Shown: positions 51,684 through 63,857 of the stretch, one piece after another | Layout: each line of letters starts with the position of its first letter | Numbering within the stretch: the first letter of the stretch is position 1 | Translations under genes and position numbers: made by a program | The notes under the pieces: model-generated | The model's database searches: none | Seen by the model: the letters and a program-made list of their open reading frames with translations, nothing else | What the model was told of the DNA's origin: nothing | Source: Octopus sinensis | Taxonomy: Eukaryota | Assembly (NCBI RefSeq): GCF_006345805.1 | Contig: NC_043001.1 | Span: 45,942,001 to 46,006,000, forward strand | Reading direction: 5' to 3' | DNA length: 64,000 nt

Positions 51684-51921
51684 TATATTTTTACCTTCTG
51701 TGTTTTTATGTATATGTATTTTATTATGAGTATAAGAACCATGGTGATATTTATAAGTGATTAAATGTTTGAGGTATAGCGTTATATATAAAGTCATTGA
51801 CTCAAATTTGATGCTTGTTGTATAACCAATGTTTCTTTATCTTCGTCTCATTTACATTTGAGCACTTTTTCAGTCCTATAAACCCTTTTGTTTCAATAAA
51901 AAGAGACAAATATTATTTCTC

Positions 51922-51989
<68 letters not shown>

Positions 51990-52132
51990 GAGTGTATTTT
52001 TACCTTGTTAACAATTAACACAGAAAAATAAATAAATAGTTACCAGGGCAGCAAAAATCTCACAAGTAAAGATGTTGTAACTCCTTGTTTATAAAGGTTG
52101 AAACTTCGTGTTTACGTTGAATATTTTGAATA

Positions 52133-52174
52133 ATATGAATAAAAAATGGAGTTAACTCCATTTTTTATTCATAT
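52133..52174. repeat. perfect 42-bp palindrome without spacer
   Basis: atatgaataaaaaatggagtt|aactccattttttattcatat. Confidence 0.92.
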
Positions 52175-52193
52175 ATATATATATATATATATA

Positions 52194-52438
52194 TCGTAGC
52201 TATTATGCAAAAGTGACGTAAGTCCAAAACGTTGCTTTTTCAGAAAGTGAAAAAAAAATAGTTTCACCATTCCATGGCGAAACTGTTGTACTACAATTTG
52301 ATAATTTTTGAAATCTTGGCATCTGAAGCATTTGGAGATACGATAGTTTGACCAAAACTATAGCCCAGCAAAATAAATATTGCAAACAATGCATTTGGCC
52401 AAATTTGGACATACGACAGTTTAACATTATAGCAACGA
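52194..52438. mobile_element. MITE with ~35-bp imperfect TIRs, superfamily unassigned
   Basis: tcgtagctattatgcaaaagtgacgtaagtccaaa / tttggacatacgacagtttaacattatagcaacga. Confidence 0.65.
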
Positions 52439-52482
52439 AGTCTCTGTGTGTGCATATGTAAATAGACATATTTATACACTTT

Positions 52483-52513
<31 letters not shown>

Positions 52514-52844
52514 TTGTATATATATATACACAAGAAAGGAAGTAGTTTACGTACATGTTCGAAATGTGAGGTGTTTTAGTTGTTTAATCAAATATTTGCG
52601 TAAAATGTATAGAAACGTAAATTGAAAATGAATTGAAATTTTTAAGAAAGGAGTTTGTTTACATACATGTGTGAAATGGCAAATGTTTGTGCAGTTGTCC
52701 GAAATGGAATCCAGGGTAAATGTGTGGAACTGATGTATTATAATGAATAGTCCTTCTTGAACTGAAAACCAGTGGTGTAGCATAAAAGACGATAAGGGGA
52801 TCTTCTCGCCAAAATGGATGACCAGTCTGAATGGCTCACCCCTG

Positions 52845-52880
<36 letters not shown>

Positions 52881-52946
52881 ACACGCACAGACACACACGC
52901 ACACACAGCACATACAGCACACACAGCACACACACACAGACACACA

Positions 52947-52980
<34 letters not shown>

Positions 52981-53659
52981 AGCTTACAATGTCTGTCAAC
53001 AATTGACACTGTCGTATATATTAGCGTGTCTATGTGTGTAAAGAGGAAGTGGGAGTGAAAAGTTAAAATATTGAGTTTTCTCGAATTTTGTCTTAATTGG
53101 GGGTGAAATTGAAAGAAATTTAGTATGGCATGAGCGAATGGAATTACTTTGAAAAATCACAGGTAAACTCTAATTGAAGAAATTGTGTGAGGAGTAAATC
53201 GTTATGTATTTATTTGTTTCTGTTATAGCATGAGTGATCCGTTTTATAGAAATACTTTCAGTTTAATCGTTGCACACTTGCAAAGAGAAAGTCGTAGAAA
53301 TGAGAGTGATAGCGTGAGTGAATCAGATCGCTCCCTTTTTGTGTGTGTGTGTGTGCGAGTGCTGTAGCCCACACTAAGAAAAGCATTTGACTTATACACC
53401 ACAATGTGAGTTTTCTCTAAATTTTGCTTAATTGGGGTTGAAATTTTAAAAACTGGACCTGGCACGACCCGATGCATTCTACTCTTAAAAATGCTAGGTA
53501 AATTGTAATTGAAGAAATCCTATATTGTAGATTTCTATAAGATACAAAGGGAGGCAGATAAAATCTGCCTTTTATAATAAGAGATACGCACACATACAAA
53601 CATACACACACATACAGACACACACATATGTATGTATATTCAACGTGGTTATTTAACAT

Positions 53660-53855
53660 AGGTTTCAAAATTTGCCACAAGGCCAGCAATTTCGAGTGAG
53701 TGAGTACGCCGATTACATTAACCCTAGAGTTCTACAGGTACTTATTGTATGGACTTCGAAATGATGAAAGGCAAAGTTGACCTCGGTGAAATTTGAACTC
53801 AGAACGTGAAGACAAACGAAATGCTACTAAGCATTTTGCCGACTCACCGTCTTAC
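53660..53855 (-). mobile_element. CORE-like SINE monomer
   Basis: gatgaaaggcaaagttgacctcggtgaaatttgaactcagaacgtgaagac... Confidence 0.7.
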
Positions 53856-54421
53856 TGTAGTTATTTAATATTAAAAGGTTACTGCTAACAGGATCGACTT
53901 TGATATGGTTCTCTAGTCAGAAAATTGAGGTAGATTTAATCGACTGCCCCTCCCCAGGAATATATTGAACATGTGTACGCTTTAGAATTCCAGATTAATT
54001 GGAAATTTACATCGCAAAACCCAGGAAAAATATGGTTTCGGTGTATTTAGTTTACAGTTCCAAGGCTGAGTTTAATTGAAAATATTGTCTCGTTCCTCTC
54101 AAAAGTAGCAACAGGCTTATAAAATAGAGAATGATTTTAAAGTGGTCACGGAGAGGCTTAGAAAGATATTCAGAAAAGAAACAAAACTACCTTTGATAAA
54201 CGCTCGTGCGCGCACACATATTGTCTTATATATGTATATGTATATATATGTGTGTGTGTGTCTATATATGCAAATATATGCATTTACATATAAATACATG
54301 TGTGTGTGTATGTGTGTTTGTGTATAGAATGTTTACACCCTTAACCCTGTTGTCATCTTTAAACTCGGTCTGTGACATACCCATAATGCGTATAAGGCAA
54401 CTTGATGTAATATGTACATTA

Positions 54422-54905
54422 CGAAGTTTATTCCAGAGGTCTTGAGACTTTTTCAGGAGAGACATTTATTAATTTCAAAGAAGTATACAAGTCTAATATT
54501 CCTCAAAGTAGGATCCTCTGACTTCAATACTCTTGTTGTAGTACTCCAGCCTCTTGGCAAAGGCTCCATGGAAGTGATCCAAAGTGTAGGTATCCAGAGC
54601 CATTGTCACAGCCTCCTTCATTTTCAAAACTATTGCCCCCAAAGTTCTCCTTCAGCCTGGGAAACAACCAAAAGTCACAAGGAGCAAGACCTGGACTATA
54701 TTGAAGGTGAGGGACAGTTTTGATGTCCATCTCTGTCAAGCAGTTGGTTACCAGGATGGAATTGTGACAAGCAGTGTTCAATAGGTGTGTTCAAAATGCT
54801 TTTACAGCAGTCTCCAATCTGAAATAGAAAAAATAAGGTTAGAAAATCAGCTTAGATGTAAGTGCTACTCTTAAAAAAGTATCAAAACTTCTGGAATACC
54901 CTTCG
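54422..54905 (-). mobile_element. internally deleted mariner (irritans/Hsmar2-like ends)
   Basis: TA|cgaagtttattccagaggtcttgagactttt ... aaaagtatcaaaacttctggaatacccttcg|TA. Minus-strand relic VPHLQYSPGLAPCDFWLFPRLKE. Confidence 0.85.
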
Positions 54906-55155
54906 TATATTGTCCACCCGACACCTCTAAAAACGATGATAAATTTGAGGAAAGCTTTAGAATGTTAAAAATAAGTACAAGCAAAACTAGATCAGTAAAT
55001 TTATGTACTTCTACCGGGCGACTTCAATTTCACTAACATCAGATGGTCCAAATAATGCTAACAACCACATCTTAGATCTCTGCTTCACTAATAACGCGGA
55101 ACTTGCCCACAATGTAAAGGTATCGCCAACAGTTTTTGCAGACCAAAACATAATA

Positions 55156-56427
55156 TCAAATCACCTCATAAGTTCTGTCCGATTTTACCTTTTTTAAAAT
55201 TGAATGAAATTTAATAGTATTTTAGAATGTCTAATGGAATTAAATACTATTTTTATGCATTTGTGTACATTTAAACTAATTAAATATTATTTTACAGAAT
55301 AATAGAATTAAAATTTCTTTGATTAAAACCCTCTATGACATGGAAGTATCCAAAGAGCATTTGAGGGACATACTGCTTTATGAGTACAAAAAAGGAAGCA
55401 CTGCAGCCGAAGCGACTCGAAACATACGCTCAGTTTATGGGAAAGAATGCTTGAATAAAAGAACTTGCAGAAGATGGTTTGCAAAATTCAGAAGTGGAGA
55501 TTTCAACCTTGAAGATGAAAATCGAACAGGACGACCAGTTGAGTTTGATGATAAGCTCCTTGAGGCATTACTTAAAGAAAATCTTGCATTATCAGTTGAA
55601 GAATTTTCAATAAAGCTTAGTTCAAACCATACAACTGTTCATCGTCATCTTCAACAACTTGGAAAGGTTCCTAAACTTGGAAAATGGCTTCCTCGTGAAT
55701 TGTCCGAAAGCAACTGAAAACCCGAGTTGACATCTGCTCTTCTCTCCATTCTCGCGAACTCATTTCACCCTTTTTGGATAGACTTGTGACTGGTGACGAA
55801 AAATGAATCTTCTATCGAAATGTTAAACGTCGTAAACAGTGGCTTGGTAAAAGGGAAAAAGCTCAACCACAACCAAGAAGGGAACTTCATGGGAAAAAGG
55901 TTCTTCTCTCTATCTGATGGGATTGCAAAGGAGTAATTCACTTTGAATTGTTACCACCTAATGCAACAATCAATGCTCAAGTCTACTGTCAGCCAGCAAG
56001 CTTTGAAGAAAAAAGACCCGCTTTAGTGAATCGAAAAGGAGTGATGTTTCATCAGGACAATGTGCGACTCCACACTGCAAAGATCACATCACAAAAGATC
56101 GAAGAGCTTGGTTGGGAAAAAATTCCTCATCCACCTTATTCTCCCAATCTTGCTCCTTCAGACTACCATTTGTTTCGTAGTTTACAGAATCATTTGGGGG
56201 ACATAACTTTCGCAAGCCAGGAGGAGGTCGAAACTGACATTTCAGAGTTCTTCGCTTTGAAACCAAAAGAGTTTTACATTGATGGGATTAAAAAGCTTGT
56301 AAATAGATGGAAGGAAGTCATAGATAATCAAGGAAAGTACACTGAGGATTAAATTTCAATTAAATATAACATTTGATTACTTGTTTTCTTTATTCAAAAT
56401 TCGGACAGAACTTATGGGATGACCTGA
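55156..56427 (+). mobile_element. full-length mariner transposon, 1272 bp, TA target duplication
   Basis: 27-bp TIRs tcaaatcacctcataagttctgtccga / tcggacagaacttatgggatgacctga, with TA at 55154-55155 and 56428-56429. Confidence 0.95.
55340..56352 (+). pseudogene. mariner DD34D transposase pseudogene
   Basis: MEVSKEHLR...WFAKFRSGDFNLED..RTGRP...WLPREL, TGDEK(W), HQDN-x-YSPNLAPSDYHLF, with 34 residues between the 2nd and 3rd Asp. TGA stops at 55715, 55804 and 55915, a frameshift near 55721 and a short deletion after VYCQ. Confidence 0.93.
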
Positions 56428-57059
56428 TAGAACTAACGATATATAGACCAAAATTATTTATACCACACAAGAAGCACTCAAACCCTGCACAGCCTGAACT
56501 GGAAGATGGTTCAAATAGAAAAAAAAAGGCCCCAAAGCATTTCTCCGCATGACAGTGAAATGAAACTCAAAGAATGTATGTCAATGATGCAAGCTTTTAC
56601 CATAAATGTGTCCCAGACAGAAGAGTATCACGCACAAAAACATTTTGCTTGGGGACAGGAGAGTCTTTATGAGATGAAGAATAAAGGTTTCAAATCACGT
56701 AAATAAACAACTTAATGACAGCAAGAAGTCTCACCTCAAAAGACACCGAAAATATACTCTCCCATGGAGAAGAAAGAGAAGAAAATAAGCCTCTCCCATG
56801 CAGAAAAAAAAGGGAAGAAAATAAGTCAAGATAGTTGAAAATGAGAAAGGAAATCTAAGAATTTTCTTCGGTGTGTTATAAGATAAGGTCACTGTTTGAA
56901 GAAAACGGCTCACAGACTGCAGACCCTTGAGGATAAGCGAAATATTAAATAAACAATTCCAAAGTATTCTTTACTTCCCCACTGCGAGATATGCAAATAC
57001 GCAGGCTTGATGAGTTCTTCAACACCGCAGATCCACAGGGAAGAGGCAAATATAGATCG

Positions 57060-57111
<52 letters not shown>

Positions 57112-57314
57112 CCGTATAGTTAAGAAACTCACTTTGCAACTACGTGGCTTCAGGTTCAGTATCACTGCGCGTCATCTCGCCTAACCAATGCCTTGTAAGT
57201 GAATTTGATGAATGTCTCATCAGACTCTAAAGCCGAGAGACGTTTAGATGCGAAACAATTGGTCACTCTATGATCGGATATAGACTTAACTACTTATAAA
57301 TATATTTCAGCTCT

Positions 57315-58480
57315 GCTTACTTGCTTATAGCTGTCCGTCAATGTTGACGACGACGTTGTCCTCTAGGAGTCTTATCCTACATCTTGTGAGTTGACATGTG
57401 AAAACAGTCCGATCCTGGAATGGCATGTCCTTGAATACAGATGACAAGGAAAGTTACTCATTATATTGTTGGTGAGTCTGAGATGGCGTTGACGTCTCTT
57501 TTCCTCAAGTTTCTCACGTCGGATTAGTTCAAAGTGTGCGGTTCCTTTGTCGTAGAGGGATTGCCAGGTTTGTCAGTTCCGAGCAAAATGTTGTGCCGGC
57601 TGAATGTTGCAGGAGTTGAGGACAAGCTTAAGATGGTCCTTGAATCTCTTCTTGGGTCTCCCGTGCGGGCGAAGACCGGTCGATAGCTCTCCGAAGAAGA
57701 CCATTTTCCGGAGATGATTATCAGGCATCCTGATAACGTGGCTGACCCATCTTAGAAGACGGCGTTTGATGATGGCTTCAGCGCTGGAGATTCCTGCTTG
57801 CTACAGAATTTCTGTGTGGAGGACCTTATCTTTCCAAGTAATGCGTAAAATTCGTTGGAGACAATGGATGTGAAACGACTCTAGCTTCGTCACATGATGG
57901 CAGTATAAGGTCCACCATTCGCAACCATACAATAATTTTGAGAAGGCAACGGCGCGATAGATAGCAATCTTAGTGGCAAGCCTCAGATTTCTGTTTACAA
58001 ACACTTGTTCTCGAAGCGTCCAAAGGAGGTCGAGGTGTAGTTGGTCCGTCGTAGGATGTCATCATTGACATGTTTATTTTGTGATATGCCACTGCCTAGG
58101 TAATTAAAAGAGTCAACGTTTGACAGAGGTGTGTCGTTTATATATAATTATGTTGCTGGATGCTTTTTATTAAAATATGTTTGCATAGGTCTTTCGATTT
58201 GAGCCGGCGGGTGTTGAAAATACCGCCATCAAAGGCGGCAGTGAATGCTTATGCCATCGTTGGGAGATACTTGGACCCGGGAGGGGAGAGTTATAGCTAC
58301 TAGGTAGATGTTGAGCAAAACAGAGCGAGAACGAAGCCCTGTTTGACTCCCGATTTAACACTGAATTATTCTGAAGATGTTCCACCGAGAGAGACTGGCT
58401 AGCATTCCGTCATGGAATTTGCGAATGATAGTTGAAGCGGTTGGAGGACAGCCGAATTTTGTAAGATTTCCACAATTGAA
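57315..58480 (-). mobile_element. RTE-clade (BovB-like) LINE, 5'-truncated and degenerate
   Basis: VFVNRNLRLATKIAIYRAV..LLYGCE.WTLY..H..KLESFH..CL.RILRITW.DKV, LRWVSHVIRMPD, GRPKKRFKD; ends in taagcaagtaagc. Confidence 0.85.
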
Positions 58481-58794
58481 GACTTAAATCAAACATTTGT
58501 CTTTTATCTTTTTAAGCTAGTAAAAGAAAGAGCCTTACAAATTCTACGATCATTTTGCAATCCTGTATGTCAACGGCCGTCAATTCTCGGGCTGCAGACC
58601 AGTACTGAAACGTGTATAATCTGATACCATGTCGCACAGAAGGATAACTTTAAAAAATTTATATTTATTTTATTGACTATCGCTGCATTATATATGTTTC
58701 AGTGGCTGCCAATTTTACAGACCCTAGTACTTTAATGTATTTCTCAGACAACACATTTTTGTGCAATGTTTCAATAGAAACTATATATATATAT

Positions 58795-59211
58795 GTCATT
58801 AATCAGTTTTATTTCAAGATTTCTTGCCAATAGAGAAAAAGCCGGTTTCTAACCTAGATTTAAGGCTTCTTCATTGGAATTTCAACATCAACAACGATAT
58901 TTCTGTACGTATGTATATATACGTGCAGATTTTAATTTTTTTTATGTATGTCTTCTCACGCATATACTTGCATATCTAGACATGCTCATATATACTTAAA
59001 TTATAAACTTTGGGGAAGTTTTACAGATTTTTACAGTTCCAGTGATAGATTGGATCTGTAGTCTTCGACTCAACTTTCTCCTTTCTGGTTTTGAGAAGCC
59101 TAATTTCTCAAGATCGGTATTTAGACAGTGTGTTACATATCCCAGGGCACCAATAATTACAGGTGTAAACCTGAGCTTGTAGTGTGGATAGAGTAATTGC
59201 AGATTTCTCAA
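58795..59211 (-). mobile_element. R4/Dong-like LINE 3' end
   Basis: LRNLQLLYPHYKLRFTPVIIGALGYV...TGTVKICKT; 3' UTR colinear with 41897-42410. Confidence 0.75.
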
Positions 59212-59389
59212 TGTATGATTTTTATTTGAGTTTTATTTAAGTTCTTGAGAGAGTCCACGCTTGTCGCTAACAAAGCGACGAAACGTTTTGAGTCAAGAGA
59301 GTTCCTGGTGTCTGTAAATATGTGGTTGAGTTTGTGTGTTGAGTTGAATTGCCGATGTATACACCAGTGTGTGTATTTATTCACATAAA

Positions 59390-59556
59390 AATCACAGTTG
59401 AAGAATTTTTGGAATGTCTTACAAATATTCACTGTGCCCCAAATAAATTTGATATTGAGAATCTTCGTCAGTTTCTTTTGCTCTTTTTCAGTGAAACCGA
59501 TGAGAGATACAAATGAGAATTCACAATATGGGTACAAGGACTGTAAGTTCCGCATT
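59390..59556 (-). mobile_element. diverged R4/Dong-like LINE fragment
   Basis: RNLQSLYP...GTVNICKTFQKF, followed directly by (TATG)n. Confidence 0.6.
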
Positions 59557-60699
59557 GTATGTATGTATGTATGTATGTATGTATGTATGTATGTATGTAT
59601 GTATGTATGTATTATGTATGTATGTACTAATATAAAAAGTGTATTCCTGTGAATCTAGTACAGAATAATATTGAATGCTGTTTTATTATTCAAAGACAAT
59701 ACAAATACAATAACAACTTCGTACAAAAGGTTAAAAATAAAAATGCTTGTACTTTCTCATTCTTTTGTGCGAAGTTTACCACCATAGAAAGTAGTGTCCA
59801 GTGCCCAAGTCTATTTGGAATTGTTATCCCAAAAAGGGATATTTTGCTCAAATAGGTAAATCCAGTGACATAACTAGAGTGGAGCTGGTCGAGATATGTC
59901 GCAGGCGCCAAATTTTATCGGGCGCCATTTTATAATAATTCAAATTTTATTTTGTTTTATTATGTTTTTTTTTTTAGTTAAAATATGCTCATTTGGAAAT
60001 GTATCATAATTACGTTTTGGGTGACTGATGGATAAATCATTTGTTTTAAATAATGGCGACAATCTCCCTTTTGTTCGTCAATGTTGATACACTCAAAACT
60101 ATTGTTTCCTGATTATGTATGAGAGCGTGTATCATTACAAGTGTGTGTGTGTGTGTGTATGCATATGTTTAGATATACATATACATAATATAATATATAC
60201 ATGTATACACATATACATATGCACATACATACATACATACATACATACATACATACATACATACACACACCCACATAATGCAGAACACAAGTGGGGTTTA
60301 AAATTCACAATAACCCTTTGGTAGCATTTTATTGATGTCATTCTTAGATTACATCAAGACAAAAATCCGCCATCATCTGGTAAACTATGGTGAACTAACC
60401 ATAAACGACAATAGCCAGCCAATCCTAGCGCCGGTCCGTCAAAGGATTACTAATTTTTTGCCAGCTGAGTAAACTGGAGCAACGTGAGCTGAAGTGTTTT
60501 GTTCATGAACACAACGTATAACTCTGTTCAGGAGTCGAAACGACAAGTTTTACAACCATGATTCCAGCACTCATAACTATCAAGCCTTGCGCCTCCACTA
60601 AATTTCTCCTCACTCTTCCACTCTTCCACATTGTTTCTGACGATCTGTAAGTCTATGGCTACATACGAGAAGAGATTTACAAAGCTGAAACATATGAAG

Positions 60700-60950
60700 G
60701 ACTATTTACAATCTACAATGAAATAATCACGTTTCCTACAAAGAACTGCATGCGCGCACGCATCAGCTCGCAGCATCTCACTTCGTCGCTATCCGTCGCG
60801 TGTACTGGTACGGACATGTCCTCCATCTCCCGCTAGATCATCCTACCAGGGCTTTACTCACATTCGACGCAACAGTTGCGGGCTGGAAGAGGCCAAGTGG
60901 CCAAGTGGCAGGTCCCGCACAAGATGGTTGCAGCGCTATGATTGGGTGTT
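60700..60950 (+). mobile_element. RTE-like LINE C-terminal fragment
   Basis: RRVYWYGHVLHLP and WKRP..GR.RTRW relics. Confidence 0.55.
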
Positions 60951-60964
60951 GAAACAATTAATGA

Positions 60965-62300
60965 ATCGCTCAAACTGTATGTGATATATCTCAATTTTGC
61001 AATGCTCTTTAATAAGGTTGATCACGGCATCACATGTCACAAGCTACGGATGCTCGGCATAGTCGGATAACTGGGAGAGTGGTTGCATGACTTCTTAAAA
61101 GACAGAATCCAGGCTGTGGTAGGCAATGAGGCCCTCTCCAAGGAGACAGTAATAGAGAGTGGAGTGCCTCGGGAAACTGCATTTGGAGCCGCGTAAAACG
61201 ATGTTGTGCATATGGTGGGACTAGGAAAGGATTATCCATTACGAATTGCTTGAACAGAACCAAACAGTCATGGTGTCTCTTTCAGACATGCTATCAGTTA
61301 CGCGGACAACCACACTAACTGACTATGCTGACGACACAAAAGTAGTAAAAGCAGTTAAGGAACTTCAACAGAAAGGCCTATGGTACCATATGTAAATGGG
61401 TTGAAGAAAATAACACGCAATTTAATGCAGGTAAATTCTGAGCCCTCCGCTACCAACTATTTGGTGCTCACAAGCCGCAACAACAATACTTTGGGCCAAA
61501 AGGGGCGGCAGTCCCAGAGTAACGTACGGTGCGTGATCTGGGGATTGATATGAGCAGCGATACTTCGTTTCATGTATATACCACCAAGATGATGGCAATG
61601 TGCAGGCGAATAGCCGGATGGATTCTGAGAACATTCAGAACAAGGGACCAGGAAACTATGCTGGTTCTATGGAGGATATTTATACTTAGCTGTCTGGAAT
61701 ATTACTCTCAACTGTGGTCATCTTAGAGTGTTAAGTTAATAACAGAACTTGAAGTAGTTCAGCGGTGCTACACCAGAAAGATTGCATCAATGGAACAGCT
61801 GAGCTACTGAGAGAGACTGAGCGAGCTACGACTCCCTCAGTCTCTCTCAGTAGCTCAGCAACTCCAAGACGAGGAAGGTATGCAGTGAAGTACGTATGGA
61901 AGATCCTAGAGGGTGTGGCACCAAACTTTAGTATCGAAAGCTATACCAGCCCTCGAACTGGACGTCACTGCGCTGTTCACCCAGCTATCCTGTCTAGACT
62001 AAGGACCATGTACTGCAATAATTTGGGGTTCAAGAACCCATAGCTATTTGATGCCTTTCCAAAACATCTAAGGGAGCTTCATAGGGTAGGAGTAGATGTT
62101 TTCAAGAAACAACTTGACCTCCAGCTATCCAAAGTCTCAAATGAACCTATATCAAACAGGTAATTAAAAAGAGGACAGTAGTGTCGAACTCTCTCTTTCA
62201 CCAAAAGTTGGCGCCATTTGAAGGTTAAACAATGCAAAAGCGCGTTGTAACCAGCGATGTGCATCAACGTCTGATAGCCTGATCAGTAACGTGACCACGT
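60965..62300 (+). mobile_element. CR1/L2-like LINE, RT domain to 3' end, pseudogenised
   Basis: VIYLNFA..FNKVDHG, GEWLHDFLKDRIQAV, SGVP, DYADDTK, RDLGIDMSSD..F, GWILRTFRTRD, LEYYSQLWS, RRGRY..KYVWKILEG. Confidence 0.85.
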
Positions 62301-62302
62301 GG

Positions 62303-62304
62303 TA

Positions 62305-62377
<73 letters not shown>

Positions 62378-62412
62378 GTCTATCTATCTATATCTATATC
62401 TATCTATCTATA

Positions 62413-62459
<47 letters not shown>

Positions 62460-62560
62460 ATCTATGTATGTATGTATGTATGTATGTATGTATGTATGTA
62501 TGTATGTATGTATATATATATATATAATATATATATATATATTATATATATATATATATA
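62303..62560 (+). repeat. (TCTA)n-(TATG)n-(TA)n compound microsatellite
   Basis: Directly visible. Confidence 0.95.
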
Positions 62561-62606
62561 AAGTGAAACAAACAGGGTGTCCGTTGCGCTACACTACATG
62601 GATGTA

Positions 62607-63036
62607 TCAAGGATTGAGCAGACAGAACAAAACAAAGAGAAAAAGTTAGACAGAAGTAGAGCAAACGTGAAACTAGATGAAAACTTACATGGAAAACTCA
62701 TACACGGAATATTTGCAGCTGAGTTTTCCTCGTCAGTCAATGAACCAAAGTATCATCGTAGTTTCGCACCATTGTTTATATACTGTCTTGTTGGTTTCTG
62801 CCTCAGTATACACTCGCTAGCTTTTTCCCAGTAACTTAATAACAGCACTAGCACCGTTAAGATTGAGTGGTCTCAATGATAATGGTGCGAAACCACGATG
62901 ATATTTTGCTGCGAATACTCCGTGTATTGTGTCTTTGTCTATATTCCCCGTCCGTTAAGTTTTCACCTAGTTTCCCATTTGCTCTACTTTCGTCTAACTT
63001 TTTCTCCTTGTTGTGTTCTGTCTGTTCAATCCTTGA
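62607..63036. mobile_element. foldback element with long (~150-170 bp) imperfect inverted arms, flanked by TA
   Basis: tcaaggattgagcagacagaacaaaacaaagagaaaaagttagac...catcgtagtttcgcaccatt is mirrored by aatggtgcgaaaccacgatg...gtctaactttttctccttgttgtgttctgtctgttcaatccttga. Confidence 0.8.
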
Positions 63037-63059
63037 TATGTAAATACACACACACGCGT

Positions 63060-63237
63060 TATGTATGTATGTATGTATGTATGTATGTATGTATGTATGT
63101 ATGTATGTATGTATGTATTATGTATGTATGTATGTATTATGTATGTATGTATGTATGTATGTATGTATGTATGTATGTATGTATGTATTATGTATGTATG
63201 TATTATGTATGTATGTTGTATTATGTATGTATGTATG

Positions 63238-63269
<32 letters not shown>

Positions 63270-63744
63270 TGTATGTATGTGTATGTATGTTGTATGTATT
63301 ATGTATGTATGTATGTATTATGTATGTATGTATGTATGTATGTATGTATGTATGTATTATGTATGTATGTATGTATTATGTATTATGTATGTATTATGTA
63401 TTATGTATGTATGTATGTATGTATGTATGTATGTATGTATTATTATGTATTATGTATGTATGTATGTATTATGTATGTATGTATGTATATGTATGTATGT
63501 ATTATGTATGTATGATTATTATGTATGTATGTATGTATGTGTGTATTATGTATGTAGTATGTATGTATGTATGTATGTATTATGTATTATGTATGTATGT
63601 ATGTATGTATGTATGTATTATGTATGTATGTATGTATGTATGCATGCATGCATGTATGTATGTATGTATGTATGTATGTATGTATGTATGTATGTATGTA
63701 TTATGTATGTATGTATGTATGTATGTATGTATGTATGTATGTAT

Positions 63745-63776
<32 letters not shown>

Positions 63777-63855
63777 TGTATGTATGTATGTATTATGTAT
63801 GTATGTATGTATGTATGTATGTATGTATGTATGTATGTATGTATGTATGTATGTA
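63060..63855 (+). repeat. ~800-bp degenerate (TATG)n array with TATTATG variants
   Basis: Directly visible. It explains the 200-290 aa MYVC ORFs. Confidence 0.95.
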
Positions 63856-63857
63856 CA

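Larger units (their letters stand above)
54325..57055 (+). mobile_element. CR1/L2-like LINE relic (AP-endonuclease region) interrupted by two mariners
   Basis: After excising both mariners it reads NSVCDIPIMRIRQLDVICTL|YCPPD...GDFN...NHILDLCFTNN...FADQNII|ELTIYRP...EILNKQFQSI. Confidence 0.7.

Noticed and set aside
59243-59300. gtcgct-aacaa-agcgac GAAACGTT hairpin resembling hammerhead stems II and III
   Set aside because: No CUGANGA adjacent to the stem; at most a decayed relic.
62690-62740. Minus-strand CUGACGA followed by a 10-bp stem (hammerhead candidate)
   Set aside because: The stem is followed by AUGU rather than GAAA, so the core is incomplete.
63060-63855. TATTATG interruptions as a higher-order code in the (TATG)n array
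   Set aside because: No regular period is visible; consistent with slippage or consensus errors.
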